From positions 49,600,001 to 49,664,000 of the forward strand of contig OX597827.1 in assembly GCA_951406725.2 (NCBI GenBank): a DNA stretch of 64,000 bases, in the 5' to 3' direction. A model generated the notes under the pieces. It saw only the letters and a program-made list of their open reading frames with translations, searched no databases and was not told the origin of the DNA. The position numbers were made by a program, and so were the translations under genes. Positions 51,444-63,380 of the stretch are shown here, in pieces. Every line of letters begins with the position of its first letter. Within the stretch, counting starts at the first letter, position 1. Origin of the DNA: Octopus vulgaris (taxonomy: Eukaryota).

Positions 51444-53392
51444 TCATCATCATCATCATCATCATTATAGTTTAACATCCGTTTTCTATGCTCTTATGAG
51501 TTGGGCGGATCGACTGGGGTCTGGAAGGCCAGGAGACTGCACCAGGCTCCAGCCTGATCTGGCAGTGTTTCTACAGCTGGATGCCCTTCCTAATGCCAAC
51601 CATTCAAAGAACGTAGTGGGTGCTTTTTTACATGTGAGAGGGGCCAGAGTGGGCTGGCATCGACCACAATTGGATGCTGCTTTCTACGTGCCACCAGCAC
51701 AGAAGGCAGTCAAGGCGGTGCTGTCATCGGCCACATTCAGGTGCTGCTTCTTACATGCCACCAGTATGGGGATTACAACTACAATTTCCATTTGAATGTG
51801 ATTTGATTTGATTTTGATTTTGATGTACTTGACTCTATAGGTCTCCTCAAGCACAGCATGTTGCCCTATGATCCAAGGAACTTTTGAGTGGGCTGGTTAT
51901 GCGACACTGGTATGAGTGCAGCTGTGAACTCACATTATTTGCTGGGTCTTCTCAGTCACAGCATATCTCCAGAGGTCTCGGTCTTTTGTCATTGCCTCTG
52001 TGAGGCCCAATGTTTGAAGGTCATACTTCACCACCTCACCCATGTCTTCCTGGGTTTCCCTCTTCCCCGGATTCTTTCCACTGTTTGGAAGTGGCACTTC
52101 ACACAGCTCTCTTCATCTATCCATAGTAAATGATCTCTCTGCAAACATCTCTCTTGCACACCACATCCGATGCTTCTTATATCCAACATTTCTCTCAGAG
52201 CACTTACACTCTGTCATGTGTGCACACTGACATTAAACATCCAGCGGATCATGCTAGTTTCATTTCTTTTGAGCCCATGCATGTCTTCAGCAGTCACGGC
52301 CCACGCATTGTACAATCTACCTTTCACTCTGAGCGAGGGGCCCTTTGTCACCAGTAGGAGTAGAAGCTTTCTGAACTTTGCCCAGGTTATTCTTAACACT
52401 CTCTGAGCATCCACCTCCACTACAGACTTTGTCACCTAGGTAGCGGAAGCTATCAACTACTTCTAGTTTCTCCCCCTGGCATGTGATGGAATCTATTTTC
52501 TGAGCATCTGTGGTGTTTATTGCCCCTGTGCATCTGCCACACACGAAAGCTGTCTTCCCGGTTAATCTTCCTTTGATGTTGCTGCACCTCTTATATGTGT
52601 CCATAGCACACACTGGGTACTTCTTATGGCGTTTCTACTTCCACCTTTTCTACATATTGAGCAGGGCCACATACCTGAAGGGGTGTGTGATGTGTTTGCC
52701 TTCCTACTTACTAGAACTTTGGTCTTTGCAATATTGATGCTAAGGCCTTTCGATTTTAAACCTTGCTTCAACACCTGAAATTTCTTCTCTAATTCTGGTA
52801 GTGATTCTTCTATGAGGGCCAGGTCATCAGCATAGAGGAGCTCCCATGGGCAACCTGTCTTGAATGCCTCTGTTATTGCCTGGAGGACTATGATGAATAA
52901 GAGAGGGCTGAGGGATGATTCTTGGTGGACCCCTACTTCTACTCAGAATTCTTCACTATACTCATTACCAACCCTAACCTTACTAAAAGCATCTCTGTAT
53001 AGGCCCTGTACAGTCCTTATTAACCATTTGTCAATTTGCAGTTTCCACATCACTCATCAGATAAGGGATTGGGGGACCCTGTCAAAGGCTTTCTCCAAGT
53101 CCACAAAAGCCAAGTATAGGGGTTTATCTTTGGCTAAGTATTCCTCTTGTAGCAGCCGTACCAGGAATATAGCATCAGTGGTACTTTTACCCAGCACAAA
53201 ACCGAACTGCATCTCATCTAAGCAGACTCTTTCCCTAATTAGTTGGGATATGATCTTCTCCGTGACCTTCATCACCTGATCTATCAGTTTGATACCCCTG
53301 TAGTTATTTCTATCTAAAGCATCACCTTTACCCTTGTAGCAGTTAACTATGGTGCTGCTACGCCAGTCATTGGGTATGACTCCATCGGGTAT
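51444..53392 (-). mobile_element. RTE-clade LINE family R1, longest copy (partial RT, PHD insert, 3' UTR array, (GAT)n tail)
   Basis: QFGFVLGKSTTDAIF, AFVDLEKAFDRVP, PWELLYADDL, KTKVL, FRYLG motifs with frameshifts; 3' end shared with many short copies. Confidence 0.92.
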
Positions 53393-53889
53393 GGGTTATA
53401 TGTATACATATTATATGTGTATGTGTGTGTGTGTATGCACATATACGTGTGTGTGTATATATATATTTTCATTTATATTTTTCCTTTTACTTGTTTCAGT
53501 TATTTTACTGTGACCATGCTGGAGCACCGTCTTTGGTTGAAAAAAATTGACTCCAAGACTTATTCTTTGTAAGCCTAGTACTTATTCTATCAGTCTCTTT
53601 TGCTGAGCTGCTAAGTTTCAGGGACGTAAACATGGACACACAAATACATACATACATACATACATACATACATACATACATACATACATACATACATACA
53701 TGCATACATATATACATACATATATACATACGACGAGCTTCTTTCAGTTTCCATCCGCCAAATCCACTCACAAGGCTTTGGTCAGCCCAAGGCTATAGCA
53801 GAGGACACTTGTCGAAGGTGTCACACTTTGGGACTGTACTCAGAACCATGTGGTTGGAAAGCAAGCTTCTTACCACACAGCCACTCCTA

Positions 53890-53941
53890 TATCATATATA
53901 TATGTATATATGTGTATGTGTGTATATACATATACATATAC

Positions 53942-54004
<63 letters not shown>

Positions 54005-54126
54005 CATACATGTGTGTGTGTGTGTGTGTATGTATGTATATATGTATATATACTGCAATGGCCATACTCGATAATGAGGAGGCAGCTATCATATGTATGT
54101 ATGTATGTGTGTATATATATACATAC

Positions 54127-54193
<67 letters not shown>

Positions 54194-54292
54194 CATACAT
54201 ACATATATATATACATACATACATGCATACATATATATATACACATACATATATATATATATATATATACATATATACACATACATATATAG
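53890..54292. repeat. (TA)n/(TACA)n microsatellite
   Basis: Directly visible. Confidence 0.95.
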
Positions 54293-56254
54293 TAAAGAAC
54301 ATTAACTATGAGTTATTATATATAGATGTTACTGATTAGTGAGTTATGAGGATTCTCTGTACTTCTAGCTTATTGGGTTTAATTATAGATGCATTAGTGT
54401 GTTTTATGAGCTTGTACACTGTTCCATGCTGACAAACATACATCATATTTAGCAAAACAAACACTTTTATGTGGTTGCTTGCCTTGCTTGAATAGCAGTC
54501 AAATTTCCCTTGTATTAGGGTTCGCAGCTTATGGCTCACCTTATAAAAGAAAGAATACACTGGATAACGTGGCCCTAGATTCTCTATATTGGAAAAGAAA
54601 AAGACAGCATGATCACAGCTGCAATGCATGTGAACATCTTTTTAATTAGGACTAACAATATACATCACCTGATTATGTTAAAATCATCTCCAATCATCTT
54701 ACAATGCATGTTTCAGGGCCTTGGCATGGTAATGAAATTTGAGAAGAGACTGGGTAATAATTGCCTACCTGTGAAAACTATGTTGTTAAAAAGTTTGCTT
54801 CGCAAATACTTGTTTTTCAGGCTCTGTCTCACTGTGTGGTACCCTGGGCAAGTGTCTTCTACAAGAGCCCTAAGATGACCAACGTTTTTGGAGTGAATTT
54901 AGTAAACAGAAACTGTATAGAAGCCTGTCAATATATCCACATACATACATACATACAAACATTTTATTACTTTGTGGCGAGCTGGCAGAAACATTAGCAC
55001 GCTGGGCGAAAAGCTTAGCGGTATTTCATCTGCCGTTACGTTCTGAGTTCAAATTCTGCAGAGGTCGACTTTGCCTTTCATCCTTTCGGGGTTGATAAAC
55101 TAAGTACCACTTACGCACTGGGGTCGATGTAATTGACTTAATCCCTTTCTCTGTCCTCGTTTGTCCCCTCTATGTTTAGCCCCTTATGGGTAATAAAGAA
55201 ATAGTTATTTCGTCTGCCGTTACATTCTGAGTTCAAATTCCGCAAAGGTTGACTTTGCCTTTCATCCTTTCGGAGTTGATGAATTAAGTACCAGTTACGC
55301 ACTGGGGTTGATGTAATCGACTTAATCCGTTTGTCTGTCCTTGTTTGTACCCTCTGTGTGTAGCCCCTTGTGGGCAATGAAGAAATAAGAACACTACAAC
55401 AATGGCATTCTAAAAGCACTGACTTTTCCACTTAACCAAGAGCAAACGTGGAAAAAAGACACATACTGAAATAGCTGAAACATCAATATCCTCACTGACC
55501 CCAAACAACAATAAATGCAAACAAATAACAACTGTTGTGCTCTGACCAAACCCATCTTGCTCACTTTCACTGTAGCCACTACCAGAATTCAGATCTATGT
55601 ACAGAAATACACTAGACTATGAGGAAATTTTTTTCATTGCAGACTGTCACCCTGTACTACATATAATATTTCAGTGTATGGAGGTCAGCTGAGCTGAGGT
55701 ATGGCATAACAAGAAAGAACAGGAATGTAGATTCCACCTACACATTTGGCCAGTTTTCTGTACACAATGAATCTCTTCAACAACAATATCATAATAATAT
55801 TAATCCTTTCTACTATAGGCACAAGGCCTGAAATTTGGAGGAAGAGTAGTCGATTATATCAACCCCCCAAGGAAGAGTAGTCAATTATATCAACCCCACC
55901 ATGCTCCATTGATATTTATTCTATCAACGCTGAAAGGATGAAAGGCAAAGTTTATGTCAGAATAAAATTGCTCTCTGCCACATATACAGGCCTGTCCTTA
56001 TCAAGTACAGCAAATCACCACATCTCTCAGTCTCTTGTCATATCCTCAGTGAGGCCCAGCATCCAAAGATCCTTTCTCACCACTTCATTCCACATTTTCC
56101 TGAGTCTACCCCTTCCAGAGGTACTCTCCACAATTAGACCTCAACACATCTTTAAGCAGTTGTCCTCATCCATATGCATCACATAACCAAACTAGCACAG
56201 TCTTCTCTCTTGCACGCAACATCTGATGCCTCTTATACCTAGTTTTCCACTTAA

Positions 56255-56474
56255 CCCTTTCGTTACTGTATTTATTTTGAGATGGTCTGTGTTTCTTTCA
56301 ATTACTTTAAATATAACAAAGAATTTAGCAAAATAACTTAGATATCATTAAGCTAGTGATAGGAACATAAATTGTGACTAAGGTTTGGTGGAAGATTTTA
56401 ATTCAAAACTTATGAAAACAAGACATTTGTTTTCAGAGCTAGAGCTGGTTTCAGCTGGGTTGGTAACAAAAGGG
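56255..56474. mobile_element. piggyBac-type MITE nested in an old RTE remnant
   Basis: TTAA|CCCTTTCGTTAC...GTAACAAAAGGG|TTAA. Confidence 0.85.
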
Positions 56475-56784
56475 TTAAATCATTTACACTGACATTACTC
56501 ATCCAATGAAGCATACTAGCCTTATTTCTTTTAAACCTTCACAAGTCCTCCATAGTCAAAGCCCATGTTTCAGTGCCATGTAGCACAGCTGTATGTACAC
56601 AAGCATCATTCTTTCTACCAAAGGCACAAGGCCTGGAATTGTCGGGAGAAGACAGTTGATGACATTGATCTCAGTCTCCAGCTGGTTCTTATTTTATCAA
56701 CCCTAGTAGGAGGCTCACCAATGGAGAAGTTCTTAAACAGATCAGGCTGAAAATGTCGCTAGAAGCTATGATCACCAAGCATAG

Positions 56785-57002
56785 ATGCATATTTTGGTCA
56801 TATTATGCGGAGAAAATCCCTGGAGAAGTGGCAAGAGAGGAAGAGGCTGACCAAGAACCCGCTGGCTTGACACCATCTAGAGTGATACCAGAATGGACAT
56901 AGCCAATCTGAAAGAAGCGGCCCTGGATAGAACTGACTGGAGGACACTGATCCAACAAGTAACCGAGAGTCGACTTCGACTGAGCGGATAGATAGATAGT
57001 AG
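56785..57002 (+). mobile_element. RTE 3' fragment
   Basis: YFGHIMRRKSLEK...GKRGRG*PRTRWLD...DRTDWR with an (ATAG)n tail. Confidence 0.75.
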
Positions 57003-57317
57003 GATGAAAAGCGTACTTCACCTCTGTATGATTTAAAATTTGAATGTGAGGAATCACAGCGAAGCATTTGTTTCAATGTTCTAACAATTCTACCAGCTCT
57101 TCACCTTGTCTGTTGCAAATCTCAATACAAAGTCAACGATTTTTAGGAGAAGCGGTTTAGTTGATTACATTGCCCAGTATTTGCCTGGTACCTTATTATA
57201 CTGACCTTGAATGGATGAAAGGTAAAAATTGATTTCAGCAGGATTTGTGCACAGAATTGTAAAGGGCCAAAAGAAATGTCGCTCAGCACTTTTACCCAAC
57301 CTGCTAATGATTCTACC

Positions 57318-57354
57318 AATAATAATAATGGTGATGATGACAATGATGATGATA

Positions 57355-57427
<73 letters not shown>

Positions 57428-57439
57428 TGGTGGTGGTGC

Positions 57440-57497
<58 letters not shown>

Positions 57498-57566
57498 GAT
57501 GATGATGACGACGATGATGACGACGATGACGATGATGATGATGATGATGGTGGTGATGTTGATGAT
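57318..57566. repeat. Compound (GAT)n-(GGT)n-(GAT)n trinucleotide repeat
   Basis: Directly visible. Confidence 0.95.
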
Positions 57567-57866
57567 TACTAACTTTATAATAACATGGTTAGTTGCTAAG
57601 TACTTAAAATAAGAAATGCAAAAAAAAGAAAAAAAAGAAAAAATAAACAATTAATTTCTATTTGTTTGTGTCCCCCTCTTTCCACTCCACCTTCTCCTGT
57701 ATCAACTTTAACTGGATCGAAGTATACTTCTTTTGTTAATAACAATAATGATTAAAAAACAGTGAAAGAGGTGGTCTCAAGAACTTGGGTGAGAGAAAGA
57801 CAGATTGAAAGAGACAAATAGACGGATAGAAAGAACTAAGGAGAAAGATAGGGAGAGAAAGGGAGG

Positions 57867-57904
<38 letters not shown>

Positions 57905-58540
57905 TGTTGACACACATGCATGCACACACACATACACACACACGCATGCACACACACATACATGCATGCACATACACACATAAGCATGTACGCACACACG
58001 CCCACACACACACATTGAAAAGAAAGACAGATAGATGGACGGAGAGAACTAAAGAGAACAAGAAAAAAAGAGTTAAAGACTAAGACAAACAGACAGACAG
58101 ACAGACAGGCAGGTAGGCAGACATTCAGGCAGGGAGAGGAGAGAAAGAAAAAAAATCGTTGTTACCAAAGCAATTTGTCTCAGTAAACTGAAAAAAATTA
58201 TTCAGCACTTAGTCAGCATTTGACTTTGTTAAACTATTGTAGCATAAAACTTAAAATGCTACCGATCAGGAGAAAGGTATGTGTGGATCAATGGGTTTAA
58301 AACTTAGCATATAACATACAGCAAAACTAGTTGATGCCTGCTGTGCATTCATCTACAAATATTAATCTGCCTTTCTCATTTATTATAATAATAATTTTGC
58401 AACCTCATACCTCATACCCATCAACCGTCATTCATCTTATTCAATATGTCTTGTCAATAAATATTACACACCACTGCTTTATCTTTATTATTCATTTGCT
58501 TACTTGTTTGCACTCGAGTGATATTTAAAAAAAATATTTT

Positions 58541-58975
58541 GGATCTTTGCGGTTTGAACGGCAGTTTTCTAAAATAATTTCCACGTAACTAAACACTTTT
58601 AAACTTCGTATACTGGTAGAATGTGTTTATAAAACATCTTTTTCTCTTGGCTTTATTGAGAAAATTCTATAGTTTGCAAGATATTTGTTGTTTTTTTTCT
58701 TCAATTTCTGCAATTTCAACCAATCAATGATGTCTATTGAGGTAAAAAAACATTCTGTGCCATATGAATATATCCCTCGTTTAAGAAACAGATTGGGTTT
58801 ATTTACATTTCTGAAGAAAAAAAGATACCCTTCCCCCCACCCCTAACCCTAACCCTAACTAACACTAACCCTAAAACAGATTGAAATGCAATAGATCGAT
58901 ACTAGGGTCATAATTATGGGTGACAATTTCATATGACACCGCTAGAAAAAACTGCTGTTCAAACCGAAAAGATCC
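58541..58975. mobile_element. MITE M1 copy 5
   Basis: TIRs; TSD AATATTTT (58533-58540, 58976-58983). Confidence 0.92.
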
Positions 58976-60115
58976 AATATTTTTGTTTAGTCAGAAGAGG
59001 AGGAAAGGTAGAAGTACTAAAGATCTTTTACAGAGCCTCTGAGAGTGGTAATAGGAAGAGAGGAAACTATCCTCAGACCAGAATCCTAAGTTTGAATGTT
59101 TGCAACAAAGCAGAGGTCATAGCATTAAATCTATTCTCAATGAATGGGTACAGTTGATCCAACAAACTTCCATGTAGTTTATATCTACCCAATTTCAGTC
59201 ACAATGCTTGACGCAACCTCAGACTATGGTAGAAAACACTTACCTAAGGCTCTGTGAGCTGAGATTGAACATGGAGCCAGAAGATTGTAGAACTAATATT
59301 TTAACCATGCTGGTATGTGGTGTTAGTGGTGTTATAGGCTGTGATGAGCTATGTGGTGTTGGTGGAGAGGATGACAGATGAGGTGGACAGAAGTAAGGCT
59401 TGCAGAGGCCGGCGGAAGAGTGAAAGGGGCATGTGTGGGCAGGAAGCACGTGTGATCAGCTCCAGCAAAGATGTCAAAGATGTGAGAGTGACCGCTGATT
59501 TCACTGAAGGCTTTTTATATTTCTTTCTCCCGCTGCTTCTTTTTCTGTTGTCCTTTTCCCCCATCACACTACACTGGTAAAATCCAGTATTTGAGGAAAT
59601 AGCTATGCTAGAATCTCAAAGTGTCTCATCTGGTTACTACAAAAGACTATTGAGGCTAAGAAATCAAATTTTTTTTTTTATTATTGATTTCTTAGAAAAA
59701 TGGAGATTTTCATACCTCTTTGATGTTAAATACATAAGACCAGTTCTGATTTAACATGTTATTTAATGAGCTTGTAAAATATGTTCACAGTCACATAGGT
59801 ACATAGCAAACATAATTTCATTCAGTTAGTAATACAAAATACATTGAAATACTGACCACATAAGTAGAGAAATATGTTCAGTCACATATGTGCATAACAG
59901 AACTTTTAACAATTAGCAACACAAATTACATTCAAATATTGACCACAGAGAAATATGTTCACAAGCACAAAAAAAAAAAAAAAAAGAACAACATAGTATT
60001 AGAATTTCTGTTTGATAATGGTGGCTACAATGGTTAGTCATGTAAAATATATTTGAATACTGGTCACATATGGATAAAATATGTTCACACATACATGGCA
60101 ATACAGTTTCTTGCA

Positions 60116-60532
60116 AGGGCGGTGAGCTGGCAGAATTGTTAGCACACTGGGTGAAATGCTTAGTGGTATTTCGTCTGCCGTTACATTCTGAGTTCAAATT
60201 CCGCTGAGGTCGACATTGCCTTTCATCCTTTCGGGGTCGATAAATTAAGTACCAGTTACACACTGGGGTCGATAAAATCAACTTAATCCGTTTGTCTGAC
60301 CTTGTTTGTCCTCTCTGTGTTTAGCCCCTTGTGGGTAGTAAAGAAATAGGTATTTTGTCTGCTGTTACGTTCTGAGTTCAATTTCCGCTGAAGTCGACTT
60401 TGCCTTTCATCCTATCGAGGTTGATTAAATAAGTACCAGTTACGCAATGGGGTTGATGTAATCGACTTAATCCCTTTGTCTGTCCTTGTTTGTCCCCTCT
60501 ATGTTTAGTCCCCTGTGGGCAATAAAAAAATA
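60116..60532 (+). mobile_element. SINE-A dimer
   Basis: Head plus two tandem body units within one 16-bp TSD AATACAGTTTCTTGCA (60100-60115, 60533-60548). Other dimers at 37056-37418(-), about 47085-47456(-) and about 54975-55388(+). Confidence 0.9.
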
Positions 60533-62134
60533 AATACAGTTTCTTGCAGATAGTAATGGTTTACCATATCCAATGTGTCTTTCCTTTTTTTTGAGATGGT
60601 AGAGACATTGTGCTGCTATTTCTAGCAGGTTAAATTATAACATAGAAGCTTCTAAGTATCATGTGTGGCATAGCTCATTACTGTGAGAAGTGGAAGTTTT
60701 GTAAAACTGCTAAATGTTTTGTCAGATTGAAATACTGTATCTGTCATTGCATAAGAATAAAAGACAGACTTTTTAAAGTCTAAAACCAGTAATTCCAATC
60801 CAACCGAAACACTCAAAACTACAGTGTCCAATGACACATGAATTTGGCACCAAGAAAGTGTACACAAGTCTTGCAGAGGATAGAACAGAATTTTATTGGT
60901 ACCACAATAAATGGTTTGTTGAACTTTCCTACACAATGCTATTTTGGTAACAATAGTGGTTGTTGTAAGTTACTGTTGTTAGTAGATGTTTAGCCCCAGG
61001 TCAGCTCTCTGATCAAACAGACTGATTAACAAATGTACTTCACCAATGACCATCCAATCTTTATATATATATTCAGGGTATCTTTCTTTATTAGAGATTT
61101 GGCTGCTGGCTTTTTCCAGAGAGTTAAGTAAACATGTTGCAGTGTGGAAGGTGTTTATAAGCCATTTAAGAAACACACGAAGTTTTGTCTGTGAACAGGT
61201 TGCGGTCTCAAAGCACCAAAAATATTTTGACAAATTAAATTTAAATGTTGAAGTGAATCTAACGGATTTTATGTGTTTCTTAAATGGCTTATAAACACCT
61301 TCCGCGCTGCAATTGTTTTCATTCCAGCACACGATCTCAGATCAAGTCACTTGCTATGCAAGTACATCTCTGTAATAAGTAAACATGGTATTGTTAGTTT
61401 CTAGACCTGATCTTAATAATAAACAGCAAAAAGATTTATCATTAATGTTTTTATAATCAAGATTGATGGATGGAAAAATTCAATAGAGTGTTGTACTAAA
61501 TAACATTGCACAGTTTAGTTACTTCTCTTTCTGTTCTGGGTTCAATTCCCAGTGGGGTCGACTTTGCCTTTCATCCTTCTGAGGGTGATAAAACAAAGTA
61601 CCAGTGAAATATTTGGGTCAATATAATTCAGTATACTACCCGACAAAACTGTGCTTATGTTGCAAATCAATATAATCGATTATACTCTCACCACTAAATT
61701 TTGTGACCTTGTGCTTATGCCCAAATCATTATTTCTATTGTCAGCTACATTAAAAAAAAAATCAAAGAGCTTTTTTGGTTTTTTAATTTGTTATAAGTCC
61801 TTACATATTGATTGACAAGTGTTAATTAAAATTAGAACACTTTTACATCTCCACAAGATAACATATCCAAGGCCTCTGTATGTGAAGGTGTGTGGCTTAA
61901 TGGTTAAGGAGTTCAGCTCATGATCCTAACATTGTCAGTTCAATTCCTAGACAAGGTGGTATATTGTGTCCTTCAGCAAGGCATTTGTATTTCACATTGC
62001 TCCAGTCTACTCAGGTGAAAGTAAGCACCACCTGAGTGCTGGTACAGCTCTCTCTCCATCCAATCATCATATTGGGCCAAAGGATGGGGAAAAAGAGAGT
62101 GTGTCTATGCCTGCTTATGACAGTTACCCTCCCT

Positions 62135-62437
62135 GCTTAGAAAGTTACCCTCCCAGACACAAGTCAAGGCAAGGTTGTTTATAGAAGACCAGCAGTCGCC
62201 CATGCATACCACCCTCCCCTCTCCACATAACCAGTGTTATCCAAGGGAAAGGCAAAGGGGCCGATACAGCTTGGCACCTGTGATATCACAACTCATTTCT
62301 ACAGCTGAGTGAACTGGAGCAATGTGAAATAAAGTGTCTTGCTCAAGAACACAACATGCAGCCCGGTCCAGGATTCGAACTCACAACCTCACAGTTGTAA
62401 GCTTGACGCTCTAACCACTGAGCCATGCACCTTCACA
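62135..62437 (-). mobile_element. SINE-D (tRNA-derived)
   Basis: TGGCTCAGTGGTTAGAGC...GTTCGAATCC head with a TCTTGAGCAAGACACTTTATTTCACATTGCTCCAG body; older + copies at about 61881-62040 and 35525-35690. Confidence 0.8.
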
Positions 62438-63126
62438 TGCTTATGACTACAAAGGCACATAAAATAATTATCAGCAAGCATGGTACATGTTACCAAACCA
62501 TACTCATCTGTGGGTGATCCCTGGCTCTATTTATTGACCTGTATATATCTCGTGAGCTGACAGATTTGCATCTGAAAATTTTCTCTCTGGAACACTGACT
62601 AGGTTATGAAAAGCTAGCAGTTGCTCATGCATGTAGGTCTCCTCTCTCCATGCCACCTATGTTGTCCACGAGTTGCATTATATTATTGTGTGGCAACTGT
62701 GTAAAATATGAGTTTGTGTGAGTTGCAAGGATGCGTTATAGTATAAGGTATTGATTATGTAAGAGTGTTGTGCTAGTCTAGAGTATGTGCTTTATGGATT
62801 ATGTTATGTTACTCACTGGTGATTGAACAGTGTATTTTACTGCTAATTGCTTGAATGCATAATTAATTAGATAAAAATTGGATATGTTAACATAATGTGA
62901 GAGAGGAGGGGAGAAGAACTGGGAAAAGATGATATGTTTGTGGTATTGGGTTCGTTGGAACTGTAACAATCAGTTGAACCAATATAAAGAAGATGGTAAT
63001 GCAATGGGTAAACAAAGAGATTTGTATAGTGATCCTTTTGGGGGTCGATTAAATAAGTACCAGTTACGCACTGGGGTCGATATAATCGACTTAATCCAAT
63101 TGTCTGTCCGTGTTTGTCCTCTGTGT

Positions 63127-63380
63127 CATCTCTTGTGAAAGGTAGGAGATTCCAGGTTGCTGGACATTGTTGTAGAGCTGAAAAAGAAGTAATTTCTACT
63201 CTTCTCCTCTGGAAGCCATCTACTCACAATACCAGAGGGTGCACACTCTCCTACCCTGATGTAATCTCCAGGGATACAGGCATCCAGCAACAGGACCTCC
63301 GTAATGCCATGATGGACCGTGAAGTCTGGCGTAGCATGATAAATTCCATTGTCTCGACCACAGTCGAACAATGATGATGA
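63127..63380 (+). mobile_element. RTE 3' fragment inserted into a SINE-A
   Basis: RRFQVAGHCCRA...LLLWKP...MMDREVWR, (TGA)n tail; host sequence TTGTCCTCT(CT)GTGT is duplicated on both sides. Confidence 0.8.

Noticed and set aside
53632-54339. Long ORFs such as 235 aa here and at 11781-12939, 16497-17116, 49552-50064 and 57165-57650
   Set aside because: These are translations of microsatellites (YI, CV, poly-I/D/M) with no splice or homology support.
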